The position numbers were made by a program, and so were the translations under genes. Under the pieces are notes generated by a model. That model searched no databases. It was not told the origin of the DNA and worked only from the letters and a program-made list of their open reading frames with translations. Below are positions 20,238-29,260 of a DNA stretch of 64,000 nt, one piece after another. Each line of letters starts with the position of its first letter. Position 1 is the first letter of the stretch. Origin of the DNA: Candidatus Woesearchaeota archaeon (GTDB lineage Archaea; Nanobdellota; Nanobdellia; Woesearchaeales; GW2011-AR4); contig JACPMR010000011.1 in assembly GCA_016185945.1 (NCBI GenBank), positions 633 through 64,632 of the forward strand, written 5' to 3'.

Positions 20238-20642
20238 TTAATGTTCTAATCCTTCGAGGTATTTTTTATATTCTTCAGCATTCATTAAATTCTTTACTTC
20301 GCTTTCATCAAAAACTTTGATTTTTGCTATCCACCCGATGCCATAAGGATCCTGATTCACGTGCTCTGGGTTATTGCTTAGGTTATCATTGACTTCAACA
20401 ACATCTCCGGAAACAGGGGCAAAAATGTCAGACACAGACTTTACAGACTCCACAACGCATAAAGGCTTGAATTGCCCTGCTTTTTTGCCTACTTGGGGCA
20501 ATTCCACAAAAACAATATCTGTTAAAGCATGCTGGGCATAATCTGTAATTCCTATTACCCCATGCGCACTTTCTATTTTAACCCACTCATGCTCCTTAGT
20601 GTACTTTAATTCTTCAGGTATTTTCCCAATATATTTCATCAC
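20238..20642 (-). CDS. gcvH: Glycine cleavage H-protein.
   Basis: Lipoyl-lysine motif ESVKSVSD. Confidence 0.9.
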   Translation of the reverse strand: MMKYIGKIPEELKYTKEHEWVKIESAHGVIGITDYAQHALTDIVFVELPQVGKKAGQFKPLCVVESVKSVSDIFAPVSGDVVEVNDNLSNNPEHVNQDPYGIGWIAKIKVFDESEVKNLMNAEEYKKYLEGLEH

Positions 20643-21748
20643 TTACCACCCTTATATTTGTAAAATGGTCTTTCCACTATAACCCCTTTATATTCTTTTC
20701 CTCTGATTAATACCGATATTTCACCACCGACATTATACAAATCAGACTTAATATAAGCCATGCCCAATCCTTTTTTGAATGTAGGCGAAAATGTCCCTGA
20801 ACTTACAAACCCGACATTCTCATTATCGACTAAGATTGGATAATTTTCTCTAGGAATAGACTTATCAATCATCTCAAAGCATACCAATTTTTTTCCTGTG
20901 CCGTTATTTTTTTGAGCTTGAAGTACCTCCTTTCCAATAAAATCTTTGTTGAGCTTAACAACAAAGCCAAGCCCCGCCTCAATTGGCGTTAAATTTTCGT
21001 TTATTTCATGCCCATAGAGGCTGTAGCAAGCTTCTATCCTTAATGTGTCTCTTGCTCCTAAGCCGCATGGCTTTATGCCAAATTCTTTGCCTGCTTCCAG
21101 CAGATTGTTCCACATCGTTACAGAGTTTCTAGGGCTAAAAAATAGTTCAAACCCGTCTTCTCCAGTGTATCCAGTCCTGGAAATAAGGATTTGCTCATCA
21201 ATATCCTTGACGCTAATCTTCTCGCATCTAAATCTTTTAATTTCGTTTAAATCAAAATCAGTCAGCTTTTGCATCGTATCATTTGCAAATGGGCCCTGCA
21301 CATCTATCTTCCCTATATTATCGCTTATATTCATTAAATCCACGTTATCCATCTTGTGATTTGCAAACCAGTTAAAATCCTTTTCAGTTGTTGACGCATT
21401 GACTACAATAAAATATTGTTTGTTATCTAACTTGTAAACAAAAAGATCGTCAACAACAGTTCCGTTTTCATAGCAAAGGCAGTTATAACAAGCCTGCTTT
21501 ATTTCCAGTTTGCCTATGTCATTAGTCACTAATTTTTGCAAAAATTCCTCAGAATTATTTCCTGACACAACAAATTCGCCCATGTGGCATATGTCAAATA
21601 TTCCCGCGTTATTTCTAGTTGCAAGATGCTCTTCTATAACGTTTGTATATTGGACAGGCATGTTCCAGCCGCCAAATGGAACCATAGAGGCACCTAACTT
21701 GATATGCTCGTTAACCAGAGGCGTGTTTTTTATTTCATTAGGACTCAA
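20639..21748 (-). CDS. gcvT: Aminomethyltransferase (T-protein).
   Basis: GcvT family. ATGA overlap with gcvH, with TGA used as the stop. Confidence 0.9.
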   Translation of the reverse strand: MSPNEIKNTPLVNEHIKLGASMVPFGGWNMPVQYTNVIEEHLATRNNAGIFDICHMGEFVVSGNNSEEFLQKLVTNDIGKLEIKQACYNCLCYENGTVVDDLFVYKLDNKQYFIVVNASTTEKDFNWFANHKMDNVDLMNISDNIGKIDVQGPFANDTMQKLTDFDLNEIKRFRCEKISVKDIDEQILISRTGYTGEDGFELFFSPRNSVTMWNNLLEAGKEFGIKPCGLGARDTLRIEACYSLYGHEINENLTPIEAGLGFVVKLNKDFIGKEVLQAQKNNGTGKKLVCFEMIDKSIPRENYPILVDNENVGFVSSGTFSPTFKKGLGMAYIKSDLYNVGGEISVLIRGKEYKGVIVERPFYKYKGGK

Positions 21749-21904
21749 AATTAAAACCCCCTTAAAGTTTCATTTCAATAACTTCTTTATATAAGTTTCG
21801 TATTTTAGGAATGGTAACGAATTATTCATAAAGGAAAGAGAATTCTGATATTTAAAATTTTCAAAAAACTGGCTCCCTAACATCTTTCCCAACTTTCATA
21901 GGGG

Positions 21905-22012
21905 ACACCGCCTCTGCAATTTGCACATGAACGCATGCTTTATAGTGCCTTCTGTAAAAGCTGGTCTCCTTTTTCACTTTTTAAATCAAAAGGACGCTCT
22001 CGTATTGGTTAA
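21905..22012 (+). repeat. Diverged copy of the GGGTGCCCCGCA...AAAGCAGGTTTCCT element plus an AAAGGACGCTCTCG module.
   Basis: ggggacaccgcctctgca...agtgccttctgtaaaagctggtctcct...aaaggacgctctcg aligns with 30066..30175 and 56693..56770. Confidence 0.4.
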
Positions 22013-22114
22013 ATTTTTATTGAATTTTATCGAAAATTGATATTTTAATATTTAACTTAATTAAACTTTATTATAAGCAACCTATTTAAATACTCTACCT
22101 ATACCAATAAAATC

Positions 22115-22936
22115 ATGGGCTTCAAGTTTGTTATAAAAAACGGAGAATTAATAGAGAAAGAAAAAGCAAATGTTTCGGTTTACAACAAATCATTATTTTT
22201 TGATTTTGCTGTTTATTCCAACTTGAAAATTATCCAAGGCAAAATGTTTTTGCCTGAGATAGAAATAGCAAAATTGCTCGAATCCGCGAAAGAGATTGAA
22301 TTAAAGCACAATTTTAAACAAAAACAAATTATTGAATGGGCTAAAATTCTAATCAAAGAAAATAATATTCAAGATGCCCTGATAAGAGTCTTGCTGATTG
22401 GCCCTGAAAAGGGTGCAGAGCCGTTGCTTTTCCTGTTTCCTCTTGGATTAACCTTCTATCCCGATAAGTTATACAAGCAGGGCGCCAAGGTAATAACATA
22501 CCATGGTGAAAGGTTCATGCCCGCATCCAAGACAAAAAATCTCCTTATGAGCTACATTGCATACCGCGAAGCAGAAAAAAATGGTGCAATTGATGCTTTG
22601 TTGATTGATAGAAAAGGCAACATAAGAGAAGGCACAAGAACAAGCTTTTTCGTGATAAAATATGATACATTGATAGCTCCTCCTAAAGAGAAAGTGCTGC
22701 CTGGAGTAACAAGAAAGGTTATTTTTGATATTGCACCAAAAATAATGAAAGTCAAAGAAGAGGATATACCATTATCAAAAATAAAAAACTATGATGAGCA
22801 CTTCATAAGCGGAACTACAATAAAAATCATGCCAGTTAGTCAAATAGATGATACAGTTTTAAGAAAAGGAGTCGGTGAAAAGGTTAAGATGCTGCAGAAG
22901 ATGTTTAAGGAGTATGTTGATGATTATGTTAATTAA
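22115..22936 (+). CDS. PLP fold-type IV aminotransferase (branched-chain/D-amino-acid aminotransferase or ADC-lyase family).
   Basis: EGTRTSFF and LPGVTR motifs. Confidence 0.7.
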   Translation: MGFKFVIKNGELIEKEKANVSVYNKSLFFDFAVYSNLKIIQGKMFLPEIEIAKLLESAKEIELKHNFKQKQIIEWAKILIKENNIQDALIRVLLIGPEKGAEPLLFLFPLGLTFYPDKLYKQGAKVITYHGERFMPASKTKNLLMSYIAYREAEKNGAIDALLIDRKGNIREGTRTSFFVIKYDTLIAPPKEKVLPGVTRKVIFDIAPKIMKVKEEDIPLSKIKNYDEHFISGTTIKIMPVSQIDDTVLRKGVGEKVKMLQKMFKEYVDDYVN

Positions 22937-23409
22937 ATATCCACCACAACAACCGCCTTCCACTTATTTTTTTCTTTTTTCACTTCAAACATATGCATAG
23001 TGACTGCCTTAATGTCATTCTCCAATTGTTGTTTTTGGGGATTGATTCCTTCGCCTTCAAGGACTGCTTTCAAATGATATTTTTTGTTTTCCTTTATAGA
23101 AACCTTAACTTTCTTAAAAACCATATATTTCGAATCCTTCAAGAAAAGAATTTCGGAAAGAAAATCATACAACAAATTTTCAATCTTATCATTTTCAAAT
23201 TCAAATTCAATTTTTTCCTTTGCATCAACTGTGTCGAGATTTGCGCTTAGCTCAAAAATCGCCATTGCAGCATTTTCAAACAATTCGTTCAAGTCCTTGC
23301 CGTATGCCTCATATGCTACGTCAGCGATTGCCACGTCTTCCAAGAACTTGTATTTTTTCCTGTCGTTGTTTATGTTCATTTTAATGCCCCTCAAAAAATC
23401 TGCCGACAA
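22933..23409 (-). CDS. Archease (RtcB activator).
   Basis: ADVAYEAYGKDLNELFENAAMA matches the archease N-terminal signature. Confidence 0.7.
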   Translation of the reverse strand: MSADFLRGIKMNINNDRKKYKFLEDVAIADVAYEAYGKDLNELFENAAMAIFELSANLDTVDAKEKIEFEFENDKIENLLYDFLSEILFLKDSKYMVFKKVKVSIKENKKYHLKAVLEGEGINPQKQQLENDIKAVTMHMFEVKKEKNKWKAVVVVDI

Positions 23410-24133
23410 ACCAGATAATAAAAATTCCTAAAACCATAAGCGCGAACTGTGCTAATGACTTGCTCAAATTTTTCTCTTTCTGTATTTCCGGAATCAAATC
23501 GGTGCTTGCTATATAAGTGAATGCACCAACTGTAAAAGCTATGATATATGTGCTTGAGTTTTCAACTGTGTTGGAATAAAAATAAGTTAGTAATGCTCCT
23601 GCAACAGCAGTCAATGCAGTCAAAAAATTATAAACCAATGCCTTTGCCCTTGAAAACCCGCCGTAAAGCATCACAGCAAAGTCTCCAATCTCCTGCGGTA
23701 TTTCGTGTGCGATAACCGCAATTGTAGCAACTATTCCCAGCGCTGTGCTGTTCAAAAAGCTTATTGCAATGACAACACCATCAAGGAAATTATGGATTGC
23801 ATCGCCTACTATGTTAAGATATGTAAAGGCGTGCACTTCTTCGTGCTCCTGCCCTACATGGTGATGATGCCAATATAGGAATTTTTCAAGAACGAAAAAA
23901 GACAAAATGCCGAGCAAGATGAATAATGGTATTGACTCCTTAAATCCGCCTTCAAGCGCTTCAGGCAGCAAGTCAAGAAAAGCCACTCCAAGAAAAGTTC
24001 CTGCTGCGAAGCTAACCAAGAAAAATAAAATCTTGTTCAGAATTTTTTGCTTTAGGAAAAGGAATATCCCAATAAGGGAAACCAAACTAACAATGGTGAC
24101 GGCGATGATTATTTGGAGTAGTATTGCGGGCAT
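23381..24133 (-). CDS. ZIP-family metal transporter (ZupT-like).
   Basis: His-rich loop HHHHVGQEHEEVH and the HEIPQEIGDFAV motif. Confidence 0.8.
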   Translation of the reverse strand: MPAILLQIIIAVTIVSLVSLIGIFLFLKQKILNKILFFLVSFAAGTFLGVAFLDLLPEALEGGFKESIPLFILLGILSFFVLEKFLYWHHHHVGQEHEEVHAFTYLNIVGDAIHNFLDGVVIAISFLNSTALGIVATIAVIAHEIPQEIGDFAVMLYGGFSRAKALVYNFLTALTAVAGALLTYFYSNTVENSSTYIIAFTVGAFTYIASTDLIPEIQKEKNLSKSLAQFALMVLGIFIIWFVGRFFEGH

Positions 24134-24155
24134 TTTAAAATTTGTTATTATTTTC

Positions 24156-24476
24156 TTAGTTTGTTATAATCCTAATTCCTGTCTTTTCAGGTATTATTGA
24201 AACTTCTTTTTCATTTTTTAATTTGTATTTCTCCACAAGCTCCTTTGGTATCCTAAGTCCCAAGCTTAAACCCCATTTTGAAAGCTTTACATTATATTTT
24301 TTTAATGTTCTATATCTTTCAGCTACTTCATGCAGTTGCTTCATATCTACTATCTCTTCCCCATCTTTCCTGCACTTATAGTAATTGTATTCGATACCTT
24401 CTGGGGTTTTTGATTTTAATTGCTGCATGAATCCACCACATTCTGCGCATTTTTTCATTTTAATTGCCCTCCTCAA
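24156..24476 (-). CDS. Zinc-ribbon plus AbrB/MazE (swapped-hairpin) domain protein, putative antitoxin or regulator.
   Basis: CAECGG...CRKDG ribbon followed by VKLSKWGLSLGLRIPKELVEKYKL. Confidence 0.5.
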   Translation of the reverse strand: MRRAIKMKKCAECGGFMQQLKSKTPEGIEYNYYKCRKDGEEIVDMKQLHEVAERYRTLKKYNVKLSKWGLSLGLRIPKELVEKYKLKNEKEVSIIPEKTGIRIITN

Positions 24477-24699
24477 TTGTTATTATTTTTAACTTATTTC
24501 CTATAAGCTCGCCAACACAAATTATAGTTCTTTTTGAACCTTTACTAACAAACTTTATCCCGTGCTTACCAAATCTTTTCATTTTTCCTTTCAATAAAGT
24601 ATCTTCAATCATGTCTGGATGTATACCACGCTGCAAAGCGCGTTCAAAGACATGCCTTTTAATCACTAAATCATATTTTGAAATATCCATTAATATCAA
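24460..24699 (-). CDS. DUF4258-like small protein, putative toxin partner of the downstream AbrB-type protein.
   Basis: IKRHVFERALQRGIHPDMIEDTL. 17-nt overlap with the downstream gene. Confidence 0.35.
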   Translation of the reverse strand: MILMDISKYDLVIKRHVFERALQRGIHPDMIEDTLLKGKMKRFGKHGIKFVSKGSKRTIICVGELIGNKLKIITIEEGN

Positions 24700-24763
24700 T
24701 ATATATCTTTTAATATTAATTAGTATATAAATTTATTGTTTTTTAAAAAGAATTACGATTAGC

Positions 24764-26266
24764 CTAACCCTTCACATTCCCCACGGGCTTCAATCCAACA
24801 ACAGGCATAGAAATTCCCGCCTCTGCAACCGCATTTATTACATCATTAATATTTTTGTATGCAAAACCAGCTTCTTCAGCCAACCCCGACATTGAGATTG
24901 CTTTCACGTAAATCCCTCTTTTCTCCATGTCTCTCTGCAACTGCTCGCCTCTGACTTGCCTTTTTGCAGCAGCCCTTGACATTGTACGTCCGCTCCCATG
25001 TGCCGTACTCCCGAAAGTCTCGTCCATTGCCTTTTGGGTTCCGACAAGCAAGAAACTTCCAGTTTCCATTGAGCCTCCTATTATTACAGGCTGCCCTGTT
25101 TCCTTGTAAAGTTTTGCAAGTTCAGGATGATGCGGGGGAAATGCCCGTGTGCTTCCTTTTCTGTGCACAACAACCTTTTTTTTGTGCCCGTCAATAACAT
25201 GCTCTTCAAGCTTTGCAATGTTATGCGCGACATCATAAACCATGTGCATCTCCAATTTTTCTGCTTCTGTCTTGAAAACTTTTGAGAATCCTTCCCTTAT
25301 CCTGTGCAAAATAACTTGCCTGTTAGCAAATGCCATATTGGCTGCGCACGCCATTGCCTTGTAATAATCCTGCCCTTCATTGCTCTGGAATGGAGCGCAT
25401 GCAAGCTCCCTGTCATAAACTTCAATGCCGTATTTTTTCATTGTTCCTTCAAAAATTCTTAAGTAGTCAGTCCCAATCTGATGCCCGAATCCTCTGGAGC
25501 CGCAATGCACCATAATAACAACCTGCTCTGGCTGGGTAATTCCAAATTTTTTTGCAAGTTCTTCGTCAAAAATGTTTTCTGCCTTTACAATCTGTATCTC
25601 AAGATAATGGTTGCCAGAGCCCAAAGTTCCTAATTGTTTAATCCCTCTTTCCATTGCCTTTGAGCTTACTTTCTCCGGCTCAGCCCAGTCAATCCTGCCA
25701 TAGCCTTCAGTTCTTTCCAAATCCTCTGTCCAGCCATAGCTGTTTTCAATACACCATTTTGAGCCATATGTCATTATTTCCTTGAATTGCGATCTGCTTG
25801 CATCCACAAATCCTCTTGAGCCGACACCGGCAGGAACTGTCCTGAACAAAGTGTCAACTAATTCCCTTAATTTTGGCTGTACTTCTTTGTAGGTTAGATT
25901 TGTTGTAACAAGGCGCATGCCGCAGTTGATATCAAACCCGACTAAGGTTTAAATTCCTCCGGGTGATATCACGCCAGTCTCAGCGTCAAAAGCTGCAACG
26001 CCGCCAATGGGAAAACCGTCAAGGGCTGAATAAGAGTTTTTACTTACTCAGAATCCCCAGTGCCCATCTGGCATGCAGAATGCATATTTCTGGATTCCTG
26101 GCAAACAAGCTACATTTGTTACCTGATTAAATACACCTTCATCCATTTCCCTAAGAAGTTTTTCGGTTGCATAAATACGTGCAGGAACAAGCATACCTTT
26201 CTTATAGCTCATAGGTATTTCCCACACAGTTTTATCTACCCGCTTCATAGGTGGAAGCTCTGCCAT
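24764..26266 (-). CDS. rtcB: RNA-splicing ligase RtcB. Frame interrupted by two small in-frame insertions, each introducing a stop codon (TGA at 26048..26050, TAA at 25949..25951). ORF-track fragments 26048..26266 and 24764..25918 are one frame.
   Basis: MPDGHWGF[*VSKNSYSALD]GFPIGGVAAFDAETGVISPGGI[*TLV]GFDINCGMRL... is colinear with the archaeal RtcB consensus once the bracketed 33-nt and 12-nt segments are removed. Confidence 0.85.
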
Positions 26267-26315
26267 AGTTCTTTACCTCCTTCTTGTTTAAATTGATTGT
26301 TTATTATTTTAATTT

Positions 26316-26477
26316 TTCAATCCGCCTTCGGCAAATGTTAGTGCGCCTCGGCATTCAAATGTTGAGGTTACTTTTTTGTACTTCTCCTCGGCGCAAATTT
26401 ATTGGGACTGTCAGCGACACTTTCCTGAGCTGGGTTCCCATTAATGCTTGCAGATGCTGGGAAGCGACGTGTTTGAA
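26316..26477. repeat. GC-rich MITE-like element, full-length copy.
   Basis: TTCAATCCGCCTTCGGCAAA...GCTTGCAGATGCTGGGAAGCGACGTGTTTGAA. Partner copy at 1996..2159 (inverted). Right-end module also at 32705..32733. Confidence 0.6.
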
Positions 26478-26645
26478 ATATTTTTTTTATTAAATGTTTA
26501 TTTTTATTGAAATGTAAATAAATCCATTTTTGCGTAGAATTTGCATTCCACGCACGCTCTCTGCAAGAACCATATTGCGAGCATGCGCAGTGAAAGATAG
26601 AATACTTACTACTTATTTAAAGGTTGTGGTTATTATTTTACTATT

Positions 26646-26906
26646 TTAGCCAAAAAGCAAAAATAACCCGAAGATTAAAAAAATTACAGAAAAAACAAAA
26701 GAAAATGCTAGACGAAAATTCCGTATAATAGGATTCTTATACTTATCTTTAGGAGCAAACATTTCTGTCTTGCCGCGCAATAAATAATAAAGTGAAACTG
26801 AACCGATTAAAGCAAAAATTATTCCCAGAATAATTTTGCCAATTTTGTCTCCAAATACGCTCTGGATTAATTTTATTATAGACTTAAATATCAACTTAAA
26901 AACCAT
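26646..26906 (-). CDS. Small membrane protein (2 TM).
   Basis: Hydrophobic profile; downstream of the SPFH gene. Confidence 0.3.
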   Translation of the reverse strand: MVFKLIFKSIIKLIQSVFGDKIGKIILGIIFALIGSVSLYYLLRGKTEMFAPKDKYKNPIIRNFRLAFSFVFSVIFLIFGLFLLFG

Positions 26907-26919
26907 TTTAGCTTAACAT

Positions 26920-27786
26920 TCATTTGCGCTTTATAGGCACAACTTTTTCTTCTCCAAACAGTATAATGGGCTGTATACCTTTTTCCGTTAGTATAATCTT
27001 TGAATTCCTCTTTAGACTTTCCTCTGTTACCTCAAATTGTTTTAGCAATTGAGCATTTCCTTTGAAATATTTATCAGCAGATTCATTTACTAATTTTATT
27101 GCCTCTGCTTTGGCTTTTGCCCCTATTTCCACTGCCTTCGCCCCACCTTCTGCAATTTTGATAGCAGCCCTTCTTTCACCATCTGCCTGTGTTTCTTTTG
27201 CGGTGGCAAAGTCAACTGCCGCTATTTTTTCATTTTCAGCTTTTACAACCTTATTCATTGTTTCTTGTACGTCCTTCGGAGGATCAATCTCTTTTAATTC
27301 TGTTCTAACGACTTCAATGCCCCAATTTTTTGTTTCGCGCATTAACGTTTGCATCAATTCTTTGTTAATCTGGTCTCTACCGCTATTTGCCTCGTTTAAG
27401 GTTAACGTACCTATGATATTCCTTAATGTGGTTCTTGCTAAATTTACAATCTGGTTTTCGTAATTAAATACATTATATTGTGAATCCTTTACATATTGTT
27501 CATTGTCTTTAACTTTGAAATATACCTGAGCATCAACTCTGGCATTAAGTTTATCTTTAGTAATGATTTCTTGCGGTTCTGCATTTACCATCCTTTCAGT
27601 TATATTGACTTTTATCATACGGTCTATCACAGGAATTATCCAGTTAAATCCTGAAGTTGCAAATTTTTTGTATTTACCAAGTCTTTCAATCAAACCCCTT
27701 TCAACTGGTCTTACTATCCTTATTCCAGCAAGAAAAATTACTGTTATAACTATTCCAATAAACCAGTAAACAATAGAATTTACCAT
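26920..27786 (-). CDS. SPFH/band-7 (stomatin/prohibitin-like) protein.
   Basis: N-terminal TM plus SPFH core and an Ala/Lys/Glu-rich coiled-coil tail. Confidence 0.85.
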   Translation of the reverse strand: MVNSIVYWFIGIVITVIFLAGIRIVRPVERGLIERLGKYKKFATSGFNWIIPVIDRMIKVNITERMVNAEPQEIITKDKLNARVDAQVYFKVKDNEQYVKDSQYNVFNYENQIVNLARTTLRNIIGTLTLNEANSGRDQINKELMQTLMRETKNWGIEVVRTELKEIDPPKDVQETMNKVVKAENEKIAAVDFATAKETQADGERRAAIKIAEGGAKAVEIGAKAKAEAIKLVNESADKYFKGNAQLLKQFEVTEESLKRNSKIILTEKGIQPIILFGEEKVVPIKRK

Positions 27787-28178
27787 TTTTTTACCCCCTA
27801 CAAAGACGATTATTATAACAACTATTTATTCTTTTCTATAATGAAAAATTTTTCAGTCTTGAAAATAAGGCACTTATTTTCAATATTGCAAACGAACTTC
27901 GCATTTCACTCGTAAATTCATTTCTTTCAATATTACCAATAATTATGATTTACGAGCTTTTTCGCAAGGCATTTAAATCAGATGGGATGAAAGGGATAAG
28001 CCGGCAATTGATTAAAATCAAGCGAGGTGTTATCAATGGCTAAGAAGAAAAAAGAACAGACAGCACAAGAGCAATGCCAGTGCTGATTTACTTCATAACT
28101 TAATTTATTTATTTTCTCTTTTTTTTATTTTTACATACTGCACAATATTTATATAATCCAAATGAAAGCTATAGCGTT

Positions 28179-28619
28179 ATGAAGGCAATTAATCTCAAGC
28201 CAATCGGCTACGTAAAAAATAATATTAAAAAACATAGGTTTGGAAACTTTGCAAATGAAGTTTCTGAAGTTATAGTTGATAAAAAATTTACTGAAGCATT
28301 GGATGGTATTGATGACTATTCTCATATTATAATAGTATATTGGATGGACAAAGTAAAAGATTATGTAATAAAGCATCAGCCCCAAGGCAATCCAAATGTC
28401 CCAGTAGTTGGAATCTTCGCATGCAGATGCCCCAGAAGACCAAATCCGATTGCAATTACAACGGTAAAACTATTAAGGCATAAAGGGAATAAAATAATAG
28501 TTAAGGGCTTGGATGTTTTGGACGGTACACCTGTGATTGATATTAAGCCTTATTGGCCGCAATACGATAAAGTTGAAAATGGTAAAATACCTGATTGGGT
28601 TAATAAATTAGATTTCTGA
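28179..28619 (+). CDS. trmO: tRNA (adenine37-N6)-methyltransferase TrmO/TsaA (YaeB family).
   Basis: UPF0066 signature (...RRPNPIAITTVKLL...GLDVLDGTPVIDIKPY). Confidence 0.75.
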   Translation: MKAINLKPIGYVKNNIKKHRFGNFANEVSEVIVDKKFTEALDGIDDYSHIIIVYWMDKVKDYVIKHQPQGNPNVPVVGIFACRCPRRPNPIAITTVKLLRHKGNKIIVKGLDVLDGTPVIDIKPYWPQYDKVENGKIPDWVNKLDF

Positions 28620-28644
28620 TTTGGATTGAAGCATAAATTTAAAT

Positions 28645-29091
28645 ATGAATAACCTAATTACAGATAAAATGCAGATAAAAGACTTAAAACCAAAGCAAGG
28701 CAATGTGGATATTGTTGTTGATGTTGTTGATGTAGGCGATGTCAGGGAATTCAACAAGTTCGGAAAGCCTGGAAGGGTTGCGACTGCAATCGCAAAGGAC
28801 GAAACTGGTGACATTAAGCTCACTTTGTGGAATGAAGACATTGACAAGGTGAAAGCAGGCGACAAAATTCATTTGGAAAACGGTTATGTAAGTGAATGGC
28901 AGGGGGAAATGCAGCTTACAACAGGAAGGTTGGGAAAGCTCGAAATTGTAGGAAAGGCAAGCGTTGATTTAAGCAAGGAAACAGATACGAAGATAAGAAC
29001 CAATATTCCATCGCAAGAGGATAAAGAAAATTTTGAAAATCTTAATGTCGAAGAAGAGGATATTGAGGATGGTAATGACGAGGAGATTTAA
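28645..29091 (+). CDS. OB-fold single-stranded DNA-binding protein (SSB/RPA-like) with an acidic C-terminal tail.
   Basis: Single OB fold followed by EEEDIEDGNDEEI. Confidence 0.65.
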   Translation: MNNLITDKMQIKDLKPKQGNVDIVVDVVDVGDVREFNKFGKPGRVATAIAKDETGDIKLTLWNEDIDKVKAGDKIHLENGYVSEWQGEMQLTTGRLGKLEIVGKASVDLSKETDTKIRTNIPSQEDKENFENLNVEEEDIEDGNDEEI

Positions 29092-29260
29092 AAAATAATT
29101 CTTATAGGAATAATTTTTTCAAAAGAATTTATATTATAGCAAATCACACTAACATTCGTATCTTTTCATTGTGATTTGCTTATTAGGAAATAATAAATGT
29201 ATACGAAAATTAAAGTTATTTCCTATAAATTGTTTTAAATAATACTTTAAAGGTAAAATA

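Noticed and set aside
21749-22114. Glycine riboswitch upstream of gcvT.
   Set aside because: Reading the minus strand of the leader found no GGAGAG...ACCGAAGGGGCAA-type tandem aptamer core. The GC-rich segment instead matches the window's repeat family.
26018-26050. The rtcB 33-nt insertion begins GTAAGT and ends ...CTCTTATTCAG, a textbook spliceosomal GT...AG intron with a polypyrimidine tract.
   Set aside because: Everything else indicates a prokaryote: operons, BHB-intron tRNAs, overlapping start and stop codons. At 22 to 33 nt it is far below spliceosomal intron sizes. Treated as coincidence; a BHB-type intron or a pseudogene is more plausible.
26500-26640. Possible RNase P, SRP or other classical ncRNA in the GC-rich stretch downstream of the rtcB leader.
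   Set aside because: No conserved RNase P (P4) or SRP (domain IV GNAR) signatures found by eye. The sequence shares GCATGCG/CGCATGC blocks with the repeat family.
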